From a virus (taxonomy: Duplodnaviria; Caudoviricetes): a DNA stretch of 64,000 nt. Below the pieces are notes generated by a model. The model was not told the DNA's origin, did not search any database, and saw only the letters and a program-made list of their open reading frames with translations. The number at the start of each line of letters is the position of its first letter. Position 1 is the stretch's first letter. Of this stretch, positions 47,592-57,290 are shown in pieces. The stretch lies in IMG/VR virus record IMGVR_UViG_3300030207_004217, positions 1 to 64,000 of that record; one strand, 5' to 3'. The translations under genes were made by a program, and so were the position numbers.

Positions 47592-50145
47592 CCTTCACCT
47601 CCCTTAACTTCATGTATATATCTGTCTCCACTGGATTTATGTGATCTACAAAAAATGTATCTCTGCTCTTTGATCCATTTAAAACTATAACTTTGTTTTT
47701 TGTTAACTTGTATCCGCTTCTTAAGAAGTCAGATAATCTCTCTTCTCTAGCGTTGTCCATGAAAAGAAAGTTTTTAGTTGCTGTATTATCACAGATTGAA
47801 ATCATCATGTATTTGTTACCATTCTGAGATGTCCTAGTAAAGAAATCTTTTACCTCGCCTACAACTTGGAAGTTTTGTCTGTCTACAAGATCCTCTACTT
47901 GCCTCAAGTCGATCAAAGACGAAAATCTATCCTGAAAGCATTCACGTAGGTTGTGTGAATAACTATAGCCAAGCAAAGAGCTTTCATATCTCCACTTAGC
48001 AAACATTTCATGCTTCCTGTTTTGACTATAGATTTTTTTATACTGATCAAATTTAGTTTTAAATGTTTTAAATCTCTTTTCAGACATGATTGGTCTATTG
48101 TCATCTCCAAGAGTTTGTTTCTCTATAACTTCTGATATTGCCTTAAGTATGTCGAAGCCAAATCTCTCTCCAATCTTTACAAAGTTTCTCTTTTCTCTAT
48201 CTGTTAGCAGGTTAAAGGCTTGAGCTTCTAGGACCATGCGAGTTCTATTCGTTCTCGCATGATCCATAGTTCCAGCTTGTATAAGAGCCGCAAGCACAGA
48301 TATGTTGATACCGCACTGTTTAGCTGCCAGAAAAACCTCATACTTATTGTTAAATTCTATGCCTCTAAAGTCTATTAGGCTCTGTATTGATTTTAGAGAG
48401 ATTCCTTTAATGCTATTCAATCCGTAGCGAATATTGTTGTTTTCAATTGTAAAATCAAAATCAGACTTATATAGGCAAGGAGGTAACATTTCCATGCCGA
48501 AATCTGGCAACTCTTCGTTTACCCCAGAAATTGTTTGTAAAGGTTCTGGATCAAACTCAGCGCACTCAAGAATAGAAAGAAAGAATTCTTGAGGATATTT
48601 GTGCTTTAAGTAAACTGTTTTAGCCGCGAGGTCGGCGTAGGCGAAACTGTGTGACTTATTGAAAGAGTAATGTGAGGCGGCGACTAATGAATTCCAGTAG
48701 AAGTCTGCTATCTCTTCACTAAGACCTCTAGATTCAGCAGCATTGTAAATTGTATCTTTCCACTTAGGCATTTCATCTACTTTTTTCTTGCCTACAATCC
48801 TTCTTAACACCTCTGCCTCTTCAAGCGTTAAGCCGAAAACTTTGTGAGCAATTTGCATTAGTTGCTCTTGATATAGGATCACATTTTTAGACCAAGACAA
48901 TATCGAGTCTAACTCTGGATTTAAGTTTAACTCAGATGGAAATTCTTTTTGTGTTTTATAAACAGAAACAAATTCAAGTGCTGCGGGGCGAGCTAAAGCA
49001 ACAACATCAGAAAGCTCATTTATATCTTTTGGTTTTATCTCTCTGCAAACTTTAAAGTTTGTCTCAGCGGAGATCTGAAACAAGCCCATAGGATGTTTGA
49101 AATCTTGCAATATCTCATAGATCATCTCGTTATTGGCATCTATGTCCTCTATGTTTATGCCAACTTTTTCACAAGTTTTGTGAGCGATTGTTAGGGTTCT
49201 TAAACCAAGGATGTCGAACTTGACCATGAGGTCTGCAACGTCATTCATGTCATAACCTGTAACTAAATCTCCATCTTTTGTTTTTTGCAGTGGGACAATA
49301 TTCTCAATGCTTTCTGAGCAAATCGCGATCCCTGATGGGTGAACTCCAGTATTCTTCGGTAAGTTTTCTATTTTTAATGCATTTTTAAATGTCTTCTTGT
49401 GATTTTTAACCCACTTTTTGAATTTATCTGCCTCTTCTCTAGCTTGGCTCAAAGGGAAAACAACCCCATGTAATTTCGGGATCATATCGGAGACTTGGTT
49501 AGCCTCATCTTCCTTAGCCTCATCAAAGTATTTTGTTGCCTCTCTAATGCAAAGTTTTGAACTAAAGGTATTGAATGTTAGAATCTTAGCAGTTCTACCT
49601 TCATGCTTTCTCTCGATATATTGTATGACCTTATATCGCTGATCATAAGATATATCTGAATCAACATCTGGCAACAAACTGCCGACAAGAAACTCTTTAC
49701 CTCTTTTGTCGGTGACTTTTTTGGCTCTTGATTTAGACACAAATCTCTCAAAGAATAAATCGTGAGGGATTGGGTCAATATTAGTTACTCCGAGCAAATA
49801 TAAAACAAGAGAGCCAGCAGCAGAGCCACGGCCAGCACCAGTTGGAATATTATTGTCATGACAAAAATTTAAAACGTCCCAGTTGAGTAAGATGTAATCT
49901 GTGAACCCAAGTTCTTCAAATGTCTCAAGCTCTTGCTTTGCTCTTTTATAATAGACCTCTTTATTTTCATATTTTGTAATGCCTTTATCTCTCAATCCCT
50001 TTCTAGCAAGCTCATACAAAATATCTTTAGTGGAGCTATCAGGCCCAAGCCCAATTTCCTCTAATTTATTTATGTCAACGATTGTTTTAGGGAGATCTAC
50101 TCCCGCAGGTTCACAATCGTCGTATGGTGTAAAATCTTCAAACAT
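47584..50145 (-). CDS. dnaE: DNA polymerase III alpha catalytic part (no PHP domain)
   Basis: GRGSAAGSLV.Y.LG.T.IDP, FERF, PDVDSD, HPSG, KFDILGL, YQEQ, YSFNKSH, C-terminal OB fold. Confidence 0.95.
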   Translation of the reverse strand: MFEDFTPYDDCEPAGVDLPKTIVDINKLEEIGLGPDSSTKDILYELARKGLRDKGITKYENKEVYYKRAKQELETFEELGFTDYILLNWDVLNFCHDNNIPTGAGRGSAAGSLVLYLLGVTNIDPIPHDLFFERFVSKSRAKKVTDKRGKEFLVGSLLPDVDSDISYDQRYKVIQYIERKHEGRTAKILTFNTFSSKLCIREATKYFDEAKEDEANQVSDMIPKLHGVVFPLSQAREEADKFKKWVKNHKKTFKNALKIENLPKNTGVHPSGIAICSESIENIVPLQKTKDGDLVTGYDMNDVADLMVKFDILGLRTLTIAHKTCEKVGINIEDIDANNEMIYEILQDFKHPMGLFQISAETNFKVCREIKPKDINELSDVVALARPAALEFVSVYKTQKEFPSELNLNPELDSILSWSKNVILYQEQLMQIAHKVFGLTLEEAEVLRRIVGKKKVDEMPKWKDTIYNAAESRGLSEEIADFYWNSLVAASHYSFNKSHSFAYADLAAKTVYLKHKYPQEFFLSILECAEFDPEPLQTISGVNEELPDFGMEMLPPCLYKSDFDFTIENNNIRYGLNSIKGISLKSIQSLIDFRGIEFNNKYEVFLAAKQCGINISVLAALIQAGTMDHARTNRTRMVLEAQAFNLLTDREKRNFVKIGERFGFDILKAISEVIEKQTLGDDNRPIMSEKRFKTFKTKFDQYKKIYSQNRKHEMFAKWRYESSLLGYSYSHNLRECFQDRFSSLIDLRQVEDLVDRQNFQVVGEVKDFFTRTSQNGNKYMMISICDNTATKNFLFMDNAREERLSDFLRSGYKLTKNKVIVLNGSKSRDTFFVDHINPVETDIYMKLREVKGA

Positions 50146-50759
50146 TACAAGTCCATGTGTTTCTTAAGTTTTAAGAAAACTTTATAGCACATCTTGATGT
50201 CGTATAATGCATCGTGGAGTTTTTCTTCCTCAAAATCTATATCAAAAAACTTTAATAGCTGATTTTGTGACACCTTTGCCTTTAGGGTTCTGTCGTTTAT
50301 TATTTTATACTGCCAGCTTAACAAATCACCTCTGGGTTTATCTAGCTCTTCCCTATATGCCTTTGCTAAAGCTCTTGTATCATATATTCTTGGCAAATAA
50401 GAGTAATCTGGCTCTTGTCCAAGCATCCTTTGTAAATGAGATACCATGTAAACATCAAACCCAAGTAGGTTTTGCCCCACTACAATATATTTTGGGTCAA
50501 ATAAATATTTCTCAAACTTTGACCAAACAGAAATAAGAGATTCCGCTTTAGAGTTATATTTATCCCAATCAAAGCCCGTTAGCTTTCTAACAACCTCTGG
50601 TATATTTAACTCTTTATGTTTTATAAACTTATCGTGTGTTTCTAACACTTTGTTTCCTTGACAAATTATCCAAGATAACTGCCAAGTTTTAGAAGAGTGT
50701 AAATTTAAACCCTCCGTCTCTGTATCGAATACTAAATATTTTTGATTACTTGGCAACAT
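50145..50759 (-). CDS. DEDDh 3'-5' exonuclease (epsilon-like)
   Basis: VFDTETEG, GQNLLGFD, HDALYD. Confidence 0.9.
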   Translation of the reverse strand: MLPSNQKYLVFDTETEGLNLHSSKTWQLSWIICQGNKVLETHDKFIKHKELNIPEVVRKLTGFDWDKYNSKAESLISVWSKFEKYLFDPKYIVVGQNLLGFDVYMVSHLQRMLGQEPDYSYLPRIYDTRALAKAYREELDKPRGDLLSWQYKIINDRTLKAKVSQNQLLKFFDIDFEEEKLHDALYDIKMCYKVFLKLKKHMDL

Positions 50760-51444
50760 TTTCTAAAAAAGATTCATAGCTAAACTCATCAGAACAGAAA
50801 TCGTTTAGTCTTGGGTTACTGTATGTTGGAACTCTGCCCTGTTTCCTGTTGCATATGGCTTTATACATTTGGAAAGCTTCAAAATCCTCTTTATTTCTAT
50901 AATAGATGCTTTTTGCTTTTTCTGTTTTTACATTCAGCTTTTTGAGAGCGTTACTGATTTGGAAATCAAAAGGATGATTATTAGATTCCTCTATGTAAAA
51001 GTGATCATACTTGTCTAGCCAAAGATCACACATGCCAAAATGAAAAATATTGTTGAATACATAAGAGTCATAAAACGGCACTCCAATACTGATGTCATCA
51101 AGCTCTCCCTCGCCCAGATCTGACATGTTTAAATATTCTCCTACGCTTGTAAAGCATTTAGTATAAAGGTTTCTAGCAACAGCTACGCCTTTGTTGTTTT
51201 TAGGGAAGAAAATTAGTTTACTGGGCTTTTCGGTAATACTTGAATGAACAACAGGCAACTTAACTCCATAGACCATAGGAACTTCTATGTGAAGAAATGC
51301 TTTATTTATTACCCTGAATCCGTAGAAATTATCTTCTACTAAAATCATCTTCTTAACATCACCGCTTTGTGCAATGTCTACTAAATCCTCAACCCTCAGA
51401 AGGGATCGTCCTATGCTGAAGGTGCTTTTAAATAATGGTATCAC
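50746..51444 (-). CDS. Stand-alone degenerate PHP domain of DnaE
   Basis: PLFKS.FS.GRS.L.VEDLV..A, .ED.F.GF, YGV, KN.KG pattern of the DnaE N-terminus; leaderless promoter TTGACA-17-TAACAT at 51451-51479. Confidence 0.75.
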   Translation of the reverse strand: MIPLFKSTFSIGRSLLRVEDLVDIAQSGDVKKMILVEDNFYGFRVINKAFLHIEVPMVYGVKLPVVHSSITEKPSKLIFFPKNNKGVAVARNLYTKCFTSVGEYLNMSDLGEGELDDISIGVPFYDSYVFNNIFHFGMCDLWLDKYDHFYIEESNNHPFDFQISNALKKLNVKTEKAKSIYYRNKEDFEAFQMYKAICNRKQGRVPTYSNPRLNDFCSDEFSYESFLENVAK

Positions 51445-51453
51445 TCCTGTATG

Positions 51454-52494
51454 TTACAGAAGCTCCATTGGTTTGTCAAAGGAAAAAGCAGGGCATCCGT
51501 CATATTTAACTTTTTCTATCGTCAAATCTTTTGTCTTTTTTTCTTTGAGATCTTTTTTTAAGTCGGCAGATGCGACCCTCACTCCATCCTTGTCTACTAA
51601 AGTGTAAAACTCTCTAGGAAATTTAAATGGACAATGCCACATGGGAGTCCCGTCTTTTTTGAGTTGGCCAGCATACTCTGCTCTACCACAAACAACTCTG
51701 CCAGCAAAGCCATCGTCTCTACCTAAATAGCCCTTATCGTAAGCTAAATTTTTAGAGGCGGCAACTTCATTAAAATTATTAATAATTTGTTGAACTTCTG
51801 TCAAAAAATATTCAAAGCCTTCTAACTCGTCTTCGTCTAATGGCTCCATTTCACAACACCCATCGTTATTGCAATCAAACTTAACAAACAAAAACTCCAT
51901 CTTTCTTTTTAAGAACTCTGGATATAAGTGTTTTACCGCCAAACAATACATTAAATTCTGCATGTTGTCGGTATACTCCTTTCCAGAAAAAATTTGTTTT
52001 GATGTTTTAAAATCTCTAATAAGGGCAGTCTTCTTTCTCTTAAATAAAAAAAGCTTATCAATAAAGCCTAGTATGCGGTAGTTTTTACCCTGTTCGTTTA
52101 CAGATATATCAAAATCCTTTTCACTGATAGAGTTGGTTGGCTTCCCGTCCTTGTCCCCAAAAAAATCGTAATTAAGACCCTCTACTGTCATTTGGTTTAT
52201 CAGGTCCATATTCTCAAAATCATCTATATTATGTTTTTTAGCATATGCTTCTATCATCCTTTTGACTGGAGGTGAGGCAAAGGCGTTTTGAGTTTTAATT
52301 ATGCGGGTATAATGTTTTTTATGCTTAGGATTTCCCAAATTTTCAAAAACAGCGTGACATATCGTTCCACGTAAACTCCCCTCGTTAGCTTTATCTGGGA
52401 GCTTTAAGTGGTATTTGCACCAATACTGCCAAGAACACATTTGTAGCGTCTTTATGCGTGATGCAGATAGAGGCTTGTTCTCAGAAGTCGTCAT
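51454..52494 (-). CDS. PD-(D/E)XK (RecB/AddB-like) nuclease
   Basis: LSASRIKT...CSWQY, GT.CH..FE, GFID, IRDFKTSK, Q...Y, C-terminal Cys residues. Confidence 0.85.
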   Translation of the reverse strand: MTTSENKPLSASRIKTLQMCSWQYWCKYHLKLPDKANEGSLRGTICHAVFENLGNPKHKKHYTRIIKTQNAFASPPVKRMIEAYAKKHNIDDFENMDLINQMTVEGLNYDFFGDKDGKPTNSISEKDFDISVNEQGKNYRILGFIDKLFLFKRKKTALIRDFKTSKQIFSGKEYTDNMQNLMYCLAVKHLYPEFLKRKMEFLFVKFDCNNDGCCEMEPLDEDELEGFEYFLTEVQQIINNFNEVAASKNLAYDKGYLGRDDGFAGRVVCGRAEYAGQLKKDGTPMWHCPFKFPREFYTLVDKDGVRVASADLKKDLKEKKTKDLTIEKVKYDGCPAFSFDKPMELL

Positions 52495-53527
52495 AATGAA
52501 ATGAGTTTTTCTTTACAAGCTTTGCAAAAGAAGAAGAAAAACTTTTATTTACACCTCGTTGATTCATATCTTTAGCAATCTTTATCACTTTAGACATGGA
52601 TTCTTGATGTTGTATATTATAGCAATCTGAAGCGTATTTTTCTATTTGATCTTTAGACATTTCCCCAAAGTCATTCTCTTCAGGAGGAATAAAGTATATT
52701 TTGTCAAAATCAATCGACTCAACCAATTTAAAAATAGATTTAATTGCTCCTTCAAACCCTCTGTTGACGGAAGATGTGTGATCGTTATTGAAAGATACAA
52801 AAACTTTTTTTATAGGCAATAAAGATAACCTTGCTATAAATTTTGGAGAAATGTTCAAGCCAAAAGAAACAAGAACATTTTTTATGCCATTGTTATATAA
52901 AGACAAACAGTCTCCTACAGATTCCACAATGTGAACTGCTTCTTTTTCTTCTATAGCTTTTTGGACTTTAGTAATATTGTAATATGGGAAAAACCAACCT
53001 GATGACTTCCCCATATGTAACCACTTTGGTCTATCATCGTTAGTAACCTTTCTGCCAGAAAATCCATGTATCCTGCCGTCTTTTCTGAAAATTGGAAATA
53101 TTACCCTTTGATACATTTTGCCAGACATGGCTAATCCACACTTAAAGTCCTCAAGGGTTTCTTTACTAATGTCTTTTTCTAGGTAAAAATCATGATGAGG
53201 TAAAAGCTTTGTCAGAACTTTAGGAGAGTATGTCTTCTCTTCTTTCAATAGGTGTTTTTGTTTTATTCTTGCTCCTATATTTACACCGTTATCCTTTAAA
53301 TAATGCTTTACTGCATTAGGGTCTTTTGTGTTTAGAGTTTTTTGGAGTAGAGCCTCGAAAGGCATAAACTGAGAGTCCTCTACATAGTCTTTCCAGACTC
53401 CAGTATCTTTATAAATTTGAAGGGCTGTTGAGTTGTCGCCAGATCTATATACTGCATTTGTTCTCCAGTATGATCCGTGATCCTTGAGGCGATACCCAAG
53501 GTTTTCTAGAACCTCTTTGTAATTCAT
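52481..53527 (-). CDS. DnaG-type primase (Toprim)
   Basis: RVIFPI...GFSGR...PKW, IVES.GD.LSL, F.ND, DFGEM. Confidence 0.85.
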   Translation of the reverse strand: MNYKEVLENLGYRLKDHGSYWRTNAVYRSGDNSTALQIYKDTGVWKDYVEDSQFMPFEALLQKTLNTKDPNAVKHYLKDNGVNIGARIKQKHLLKEEKTYSPKVLTKLLPHHDFYLEKDISKETLEDFKCGLAMSGKMYQRVIFPIFRKDGRIHGFSGRKVTNDDRPKWLHMGKSSGWFFPYYNITKVQKAIEEKEAVHIVESVGDCLSLYNNGIKNVLVSFGLNISPKFIARLSLLPIKKVFVSFNNDHTSSVNRGFEGAIKSIFKLVESIDFDKIYFIPPEENDFGEMSKDQIEKYASDCYNIQHQESMSKVIKIAKDMNQRGVNKSFSSSFAKLVKKNSFHYDDF

Positions 53528-55065
53528 TACGCTCTAAGATTGATTGGTATCTCTTCTGTCTCATTTGTATTAACCTCAACCCCTCCTCCATTAAAGGCAT
53601 TTACAACATCTTGCAAATCTCCGCACTCAGTAATCCTAAAATTTTCTATATTTAAATTAATAAAATTTTGCTTCTTGCTGCCATCTGGCATTTCTACTGG
53701 ATGGATTGCTCTAAGAGCATCTTTGCCAAGATGTCTGCATTTTAGGTTGATTAGCTTGTGAGTGCCAAAGTTTACTCCCTCTTCATGAATCTCATCTGCC
53801 ACCTTTCTTCTAAGCAGGAAAAGATGAGAACAAAATTGAGTAATTCCATCAGACAGCGATACAACGCTTTCATCATCAACTATTCCACCTGCTCCTCTAT
53901 TGTTGGTGATGCCCAACCTGTTAGACTGAACTGAGGTAAGCATTGAGACGCACGGTTTACCATCAAAAGATAAGTCCCTTTGGATAGTCTGTTTGAATTT
54001 GTGAACCATATACGAGACCTGTTGCCAACCGTCAACTTTGCCAATGCTGCCAAAGTCACTCTTGATATAGTCAAAGCTAAAAATCAGAGGGTTTCCTCTT
54101 CCTATCTTGGAAAAATAAAATCTTTTAAGAAGAGAGCACATTTCATCTGGAGACAAACCTGCTACATTCTCGTAATAGAACTCCATGTTTTTAATTTTAC
54201 TCCAAGCTGCTCTAACCTTTGCTACAACCTGCTCTGGCGATAAATCCTTATATCCTGTTGTTCTCCATTTACCTGTTTGCAACAACCACACAGGAATTCC
54301 TGTCATCGCTGAACACTGTCTAAAGATAAGTTCCTCTTCACTCATCTCTCCGTTATCAAAGTGAAGCACGGGGACATCATGCTCGGCAGAAACTCTAGTC
54401 GTGTAATCCATGCAGAAGTTAGTTTTACCTACTCCTGATCTAGCCACAATGACTGATATGTTACCTGCAAGGAGCAAAGACCCATACATTTCATTAATTC
54501 TTTGATGGGGACCAAGCATTCCAAAGTCCTCTACAGGGTTGTTCCCCCTGTCTTCCACAAGCTCCTCCATCATATCAAACAGATTGACAGGACCAGCTTC
54601 TGTCATCTCAAAATCTTTTATATTTTTATTATAGATTTGATCAGACTGTTCAATAAGCTCGCCATACTTCAGGTTTGGGTCTGCATTCTTAACAAATGAC
54701 GCGACCTTTTTGCAGCTTGTATAAATTTCCCTACGGGCTGTATATTTTTTAAGCTCTTTAACAGAACTCAAGAAAATGTTTTCTGTGATTTTGTAAAAAG
54801 CTAATGAGAACACATATTCAGCAATGTCCACGCTGTCAGGAAAGGAGACTTTTAATTGTTGTATCCTTTGAACAAGTATTGTCTCATCGATATTTTCTGC
54901 ATTGTCTAATGCATTTTTTAATAATTTAAATATTGATACGTTTACCTTGGAATCCTCTGAGTAAAAGTCACTCTCATTTATAAAGCTAGATATCTCCTCC
55001 CACTTGTGCTGATGTTGTAGGATGCCGCTTAAGACTTTCTTCTCTAAATCAAAGGAGTAGATCAT
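53527..55065 (-). CDS. dnaB: Replicative DNA helicase
   Basis: DnaB N-domain, ARSGVGKT, EMS.EE, FDYI, Q.NR, K.RH. Confidence 0.9.
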   Translation of the reverse strand: MIYSFDLEKKVLSGILQHQHKWEEISSFINESDFYSEDSKVNVSIFKLLKNALDNAENIDETILVQRIQQLKVSFPDSVDIAEYVFSLAFYKITENIFLSSVKELKKYTARREIYTSCKKVASFVKNADPNLKYGELIEQSDQIYNKNIKDFEMTEAGPVNLFDMMEELVEDRGNNPVEDFGMLGPHQRINEMYGSLLLAGNISVIVARSGVGKTNFCMDYTTRVSAEHDVPVLHFDNGEMSEEELIFRQCSAMTGIPVWLLQTGKWRTTGYKDLSPEQVVAKVRAAWSKIKNMEFYYENVAGLSPDEMCSLLKRFYFSKIGRGNPLIFSFDYIKSDFGSIGKVDGWQQVSYMVHKFKQTIQRDLSFDGKPCVSMLTSVQSNRLGITNNRGAGGIVDDESVVSLSDGITQFCSHLFLLRRKVADEIHEEGVNFGTHKLINLKCRHLGKDALRAIHPVEMPDGSKKQNFINLNIENFRITECGDLQDVVNAFNGGGVEVNTNETEEIPINLRA

Positions 55066-55295
55066 ATGGTGATATCGTCATCTTTTTTAGCCATTGCCAT
55101 CTCTATTAATTTGCCAAGAGCCATGTCAACGCAAGGGTTTTCTGTTTTACTTGTCATACTGGGGCAACCCTCTTTGTTAACATAAAGTAAAATAAACCCT
55201 CTATTACCTCCATTTACAGAGCCTGTAGAGTCGTAAACCTTATCTAGTAGTGATTGAGGAATACCTCCAGTGCTCTCTTCTTCGTCTAATTTCAT
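55062..55295 (-). CDS. Hypothetical protein
   Basis: ATGA-coupled on both sides. Confidence 0.65.
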   Translation of the reverse strand: MKLDEEESTGGIPQSLLDKVYDSTGSVNGGNRGFILLYVNKEGCPSMTSKTENPCVDMALGKLIEMAMAKKDDDITI

Positions 55296-55708
55296 TTTAA
55301 AAGTTTTATTAAGTTTTTAGGATATTTCTTTGAGTCTAGAACATCAGACTCTAATACCCTAATAAGTTTTATATTATTAATATCACAAAAGTATTCTTTC
55401 TTCTCATCCCTCTGTAGTTGTTGGAGAAACTTCTGGCGAGAATTAGAATGAAAAAACTGATTATACCTATAATGCTGGTTGCCATCCACCTCAATAGCTA
55501 TCTTCTGAGTTGCGTTGTAAAGATCTAGGGTCATTCTCGTCCCAGCAACAGGGAACTCTTCAAAAACTACATCTGCGAACCAATAAGGCTTAACTTGGTT
55601 TTTTACGTCTTTTTGAATCCCACTTTTACAATCAGAGTCCCAGTCAATCAAATATTTGCTGACGTTTTTTATCTTTTTCTCTCGACCATTGGAACACAAA
55701 AATATCAT
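55292..55708 (-). CDS. DUF559/Vsr-like endonuclease
   Basis: LDLY...IAIEVDG.QH...RD..K..FC..N.I.LIRV. Confidence 0.8.
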   Translation of the reverse strand: MIFLCSNGREKKIKNVSKYLIDWDSDCKSGIQKDVKNQVKPYWFADVVFEEFPVAGTRMTLDLYNATQKIAIEVDGNQHYRYNQFFHSNSRQKFLQQLQRDEKKEYFCDINNIKLIRVLESDVLDSKKYPKNLIKLLK

Positions 55709-56829
55709 TGCTTAAGAATATTCTCTTTTACAAAATCAACAAGAAGCGATGTAATTTTTTCATCTGACTCTAGAAACTCATACACCGCTTTGATTCCTTG
55801 GTAAGAATCTTTTGTTTCTATTTTATTATCGCTTAGATAGGTTTTTACTTTATCATCAAGTTTGATCCAAGCTCCTGATTTCTCTAAATAACCCCACATC
55901 AAAAGCATGTCAACAACTTCCCTCTCAAGCCAAATAGATTTTCCGTTATTGCGACCATGCTTGATTGGATAAGTTACAATTTGTCCTGTGGCTTCATTTG
56001 TTGATTTTAAAATTAAAACCTTGGCGTTGTGTCCATAAATTTTATTTTCAGGAGTTATTTGTTCTTTTGGATTTTCTAGAATCTTGTCGCCTTTAGTTTG
56101 TTTTTTAAATTGCAGAATCCAGTCTGGATAATGAAGGATTGCATTTCCACCACTGCTATCTGTTTGGTTGTTTGGGTCTTGTTTGGCATACATGCTAGTG
56201 GTGATGCTTGACCTGACTTGAGAAATCATAATGCACATGTGACCAAACTTACTCATGCCCAGACTCACTCTCTTCAGGAAATCAGAGGTCATCAAAGCTC
56301 CTCCTGCTACCTTTCTAGCATCAGAAGATCCTTTTTCTAAATCTTCTTTTGTTATTAGCCCATCCATGCTGTCAATTACAATGCAGAATTTCTCTTTGTC
56401 TGGATTGTTTTTTAGTAAACCTCTGAGGAAATCAATCATAGTATCCATGATGTGACACTCAAGAACCAAGCATGTCCCCACATCCCAATCTTCTGCTGAG
56501 TGAACAAACTTAATACCTGCTCTATCTTTAATCTCTTGGCTTAATCTTCCTTCAGCCATTACGAAAAGCCCTTTAGAATTTTCTAAAGTTTTAAGCATGT
56601 TGTGCATAACATGCAGAGCCTCATTTGTTTTTCCTCCTTCGTTAGCTCCAATAAACCTGTGTAAACCAGACCCAAAACCACCCCCTAAAACGTGATCAAG
56701 AATCATAGATCCACTGGACACTAGGTATGGTTCTGCTCCTTCCTCTAAGTTGTAGTGGTAGTCTTTGTTTGATTTGAGGAACGCCTCTGTATAATCCTTC
56801 GATCCGCTTTTCTTCTTCATCTTAGTCAT
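55705..56829 (-). CDS. RecA/UvsX-like recombinase
   Basis: SSGS.ILD.VLGGG, G.NEGGKT, IVIDS, ISQVR, GGNA..HY, KSGAW. Confidence 0.85.
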   Translation of the reverse strand: MTKMKKKSGSKDYTEAFLKSNKDYHYNLEEGAEPYLVSSGSMILDHVLGGGFGSGLHRFIGANEGGKTNEALHVMHNMLKTLENSKGLFVMAEGRLSQEIKDRAGIKFVHSAEDWDVGTCLVLECHIMDTMIDFLRGLLKNNPDKEKFCIVIDSMDGLITKEDLEKGSSDARKVAGGALMTSDFLKRVSLGMSKFGHMCIMISQVRSSITTSMYAKQDPNNQTDSSGGNAILHYPDWILQFKKQTKGDKILENPKEQITPENKIYGHNAKVLILKSTNEATGQIVTYPIKHGRNNGKSIWLEREVVDMLLMWGYLEKSGAWIKLDDKVKTYLSDNKIETKDSYQGIKAVYEFLESDEKITSLLVDFVKENILKQ

Positions 56830-57265
56830 TTAAAAAATCTCTTAGTGTTCTTGTTTTCTTCTTTATAGTATCTTCTCCAACTTTTACGCCCATGTCAACA
56901 AATTTATCCTTATCTGGGGGTTTATAGTTAAATTCCTTGTATTTTTTATTTAAATATTCTCTTCCATCTCTGGTTAAAAAATATTTAATAGTCCCTTTTA
57001 ATTCAAAGGGAGGTTTAACCTTGCTTAGAAAATCGAGGTCGTTTTCAAACTGTGTAAAAATCTTTGTCACAGTAGACATTTCAAAAACGTAATTTACTGG
57101 CTTTGAGCCGCCCAGCATACGTTTCAAAAAATCTTTCCTTTCTTTAAAAAAGGGTTTTGCTTGTTTTTTTGCTTTTGGCAAAAACTCATGACCACAATCA
57201 CAAACTTTGATCCGCGCTCCTAGTAGACTATTACAGGATGGACATAACTTTTTACCTCTTGGCAT
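56822..57265 (-). CDS. Zinc-ribbon protein
   Basis: CPSC...CDCGHEF; leaderless promoter TTGACT-16-TATACT at 57272-57299. Confidence 0.7.
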   Translation of the reverse strand: MPRGKKLCPSCNSLLGARIKVCDCGHEFLPKAKKQAKPFFKERKDFLKRMLGGSKPVNYVFEMSTVTKIFTQFENDLDFLSKVKPPFELKGTIKYFLTRDGREYLNKKYKEFNYKPPDKDKFVDMGVKVGEDTIKKKTRTLRDFLND

Positions 57266-57290
57266 ACAGTCAGTATAACTGCATGTGGAA

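Noticed and set aside
51454-52494. Cas4 as part of a CRISPR system
   Set aside because: It lies in the replication operon between primase and polymerase genes, so it is better explained as a phage recombination exonuclease.
47584-55065. Inteins or introns in dnaE and dnaB
   Set aside because: Core motifs are contiguous; no intein termini or homing-endonuclease motifs were seen.
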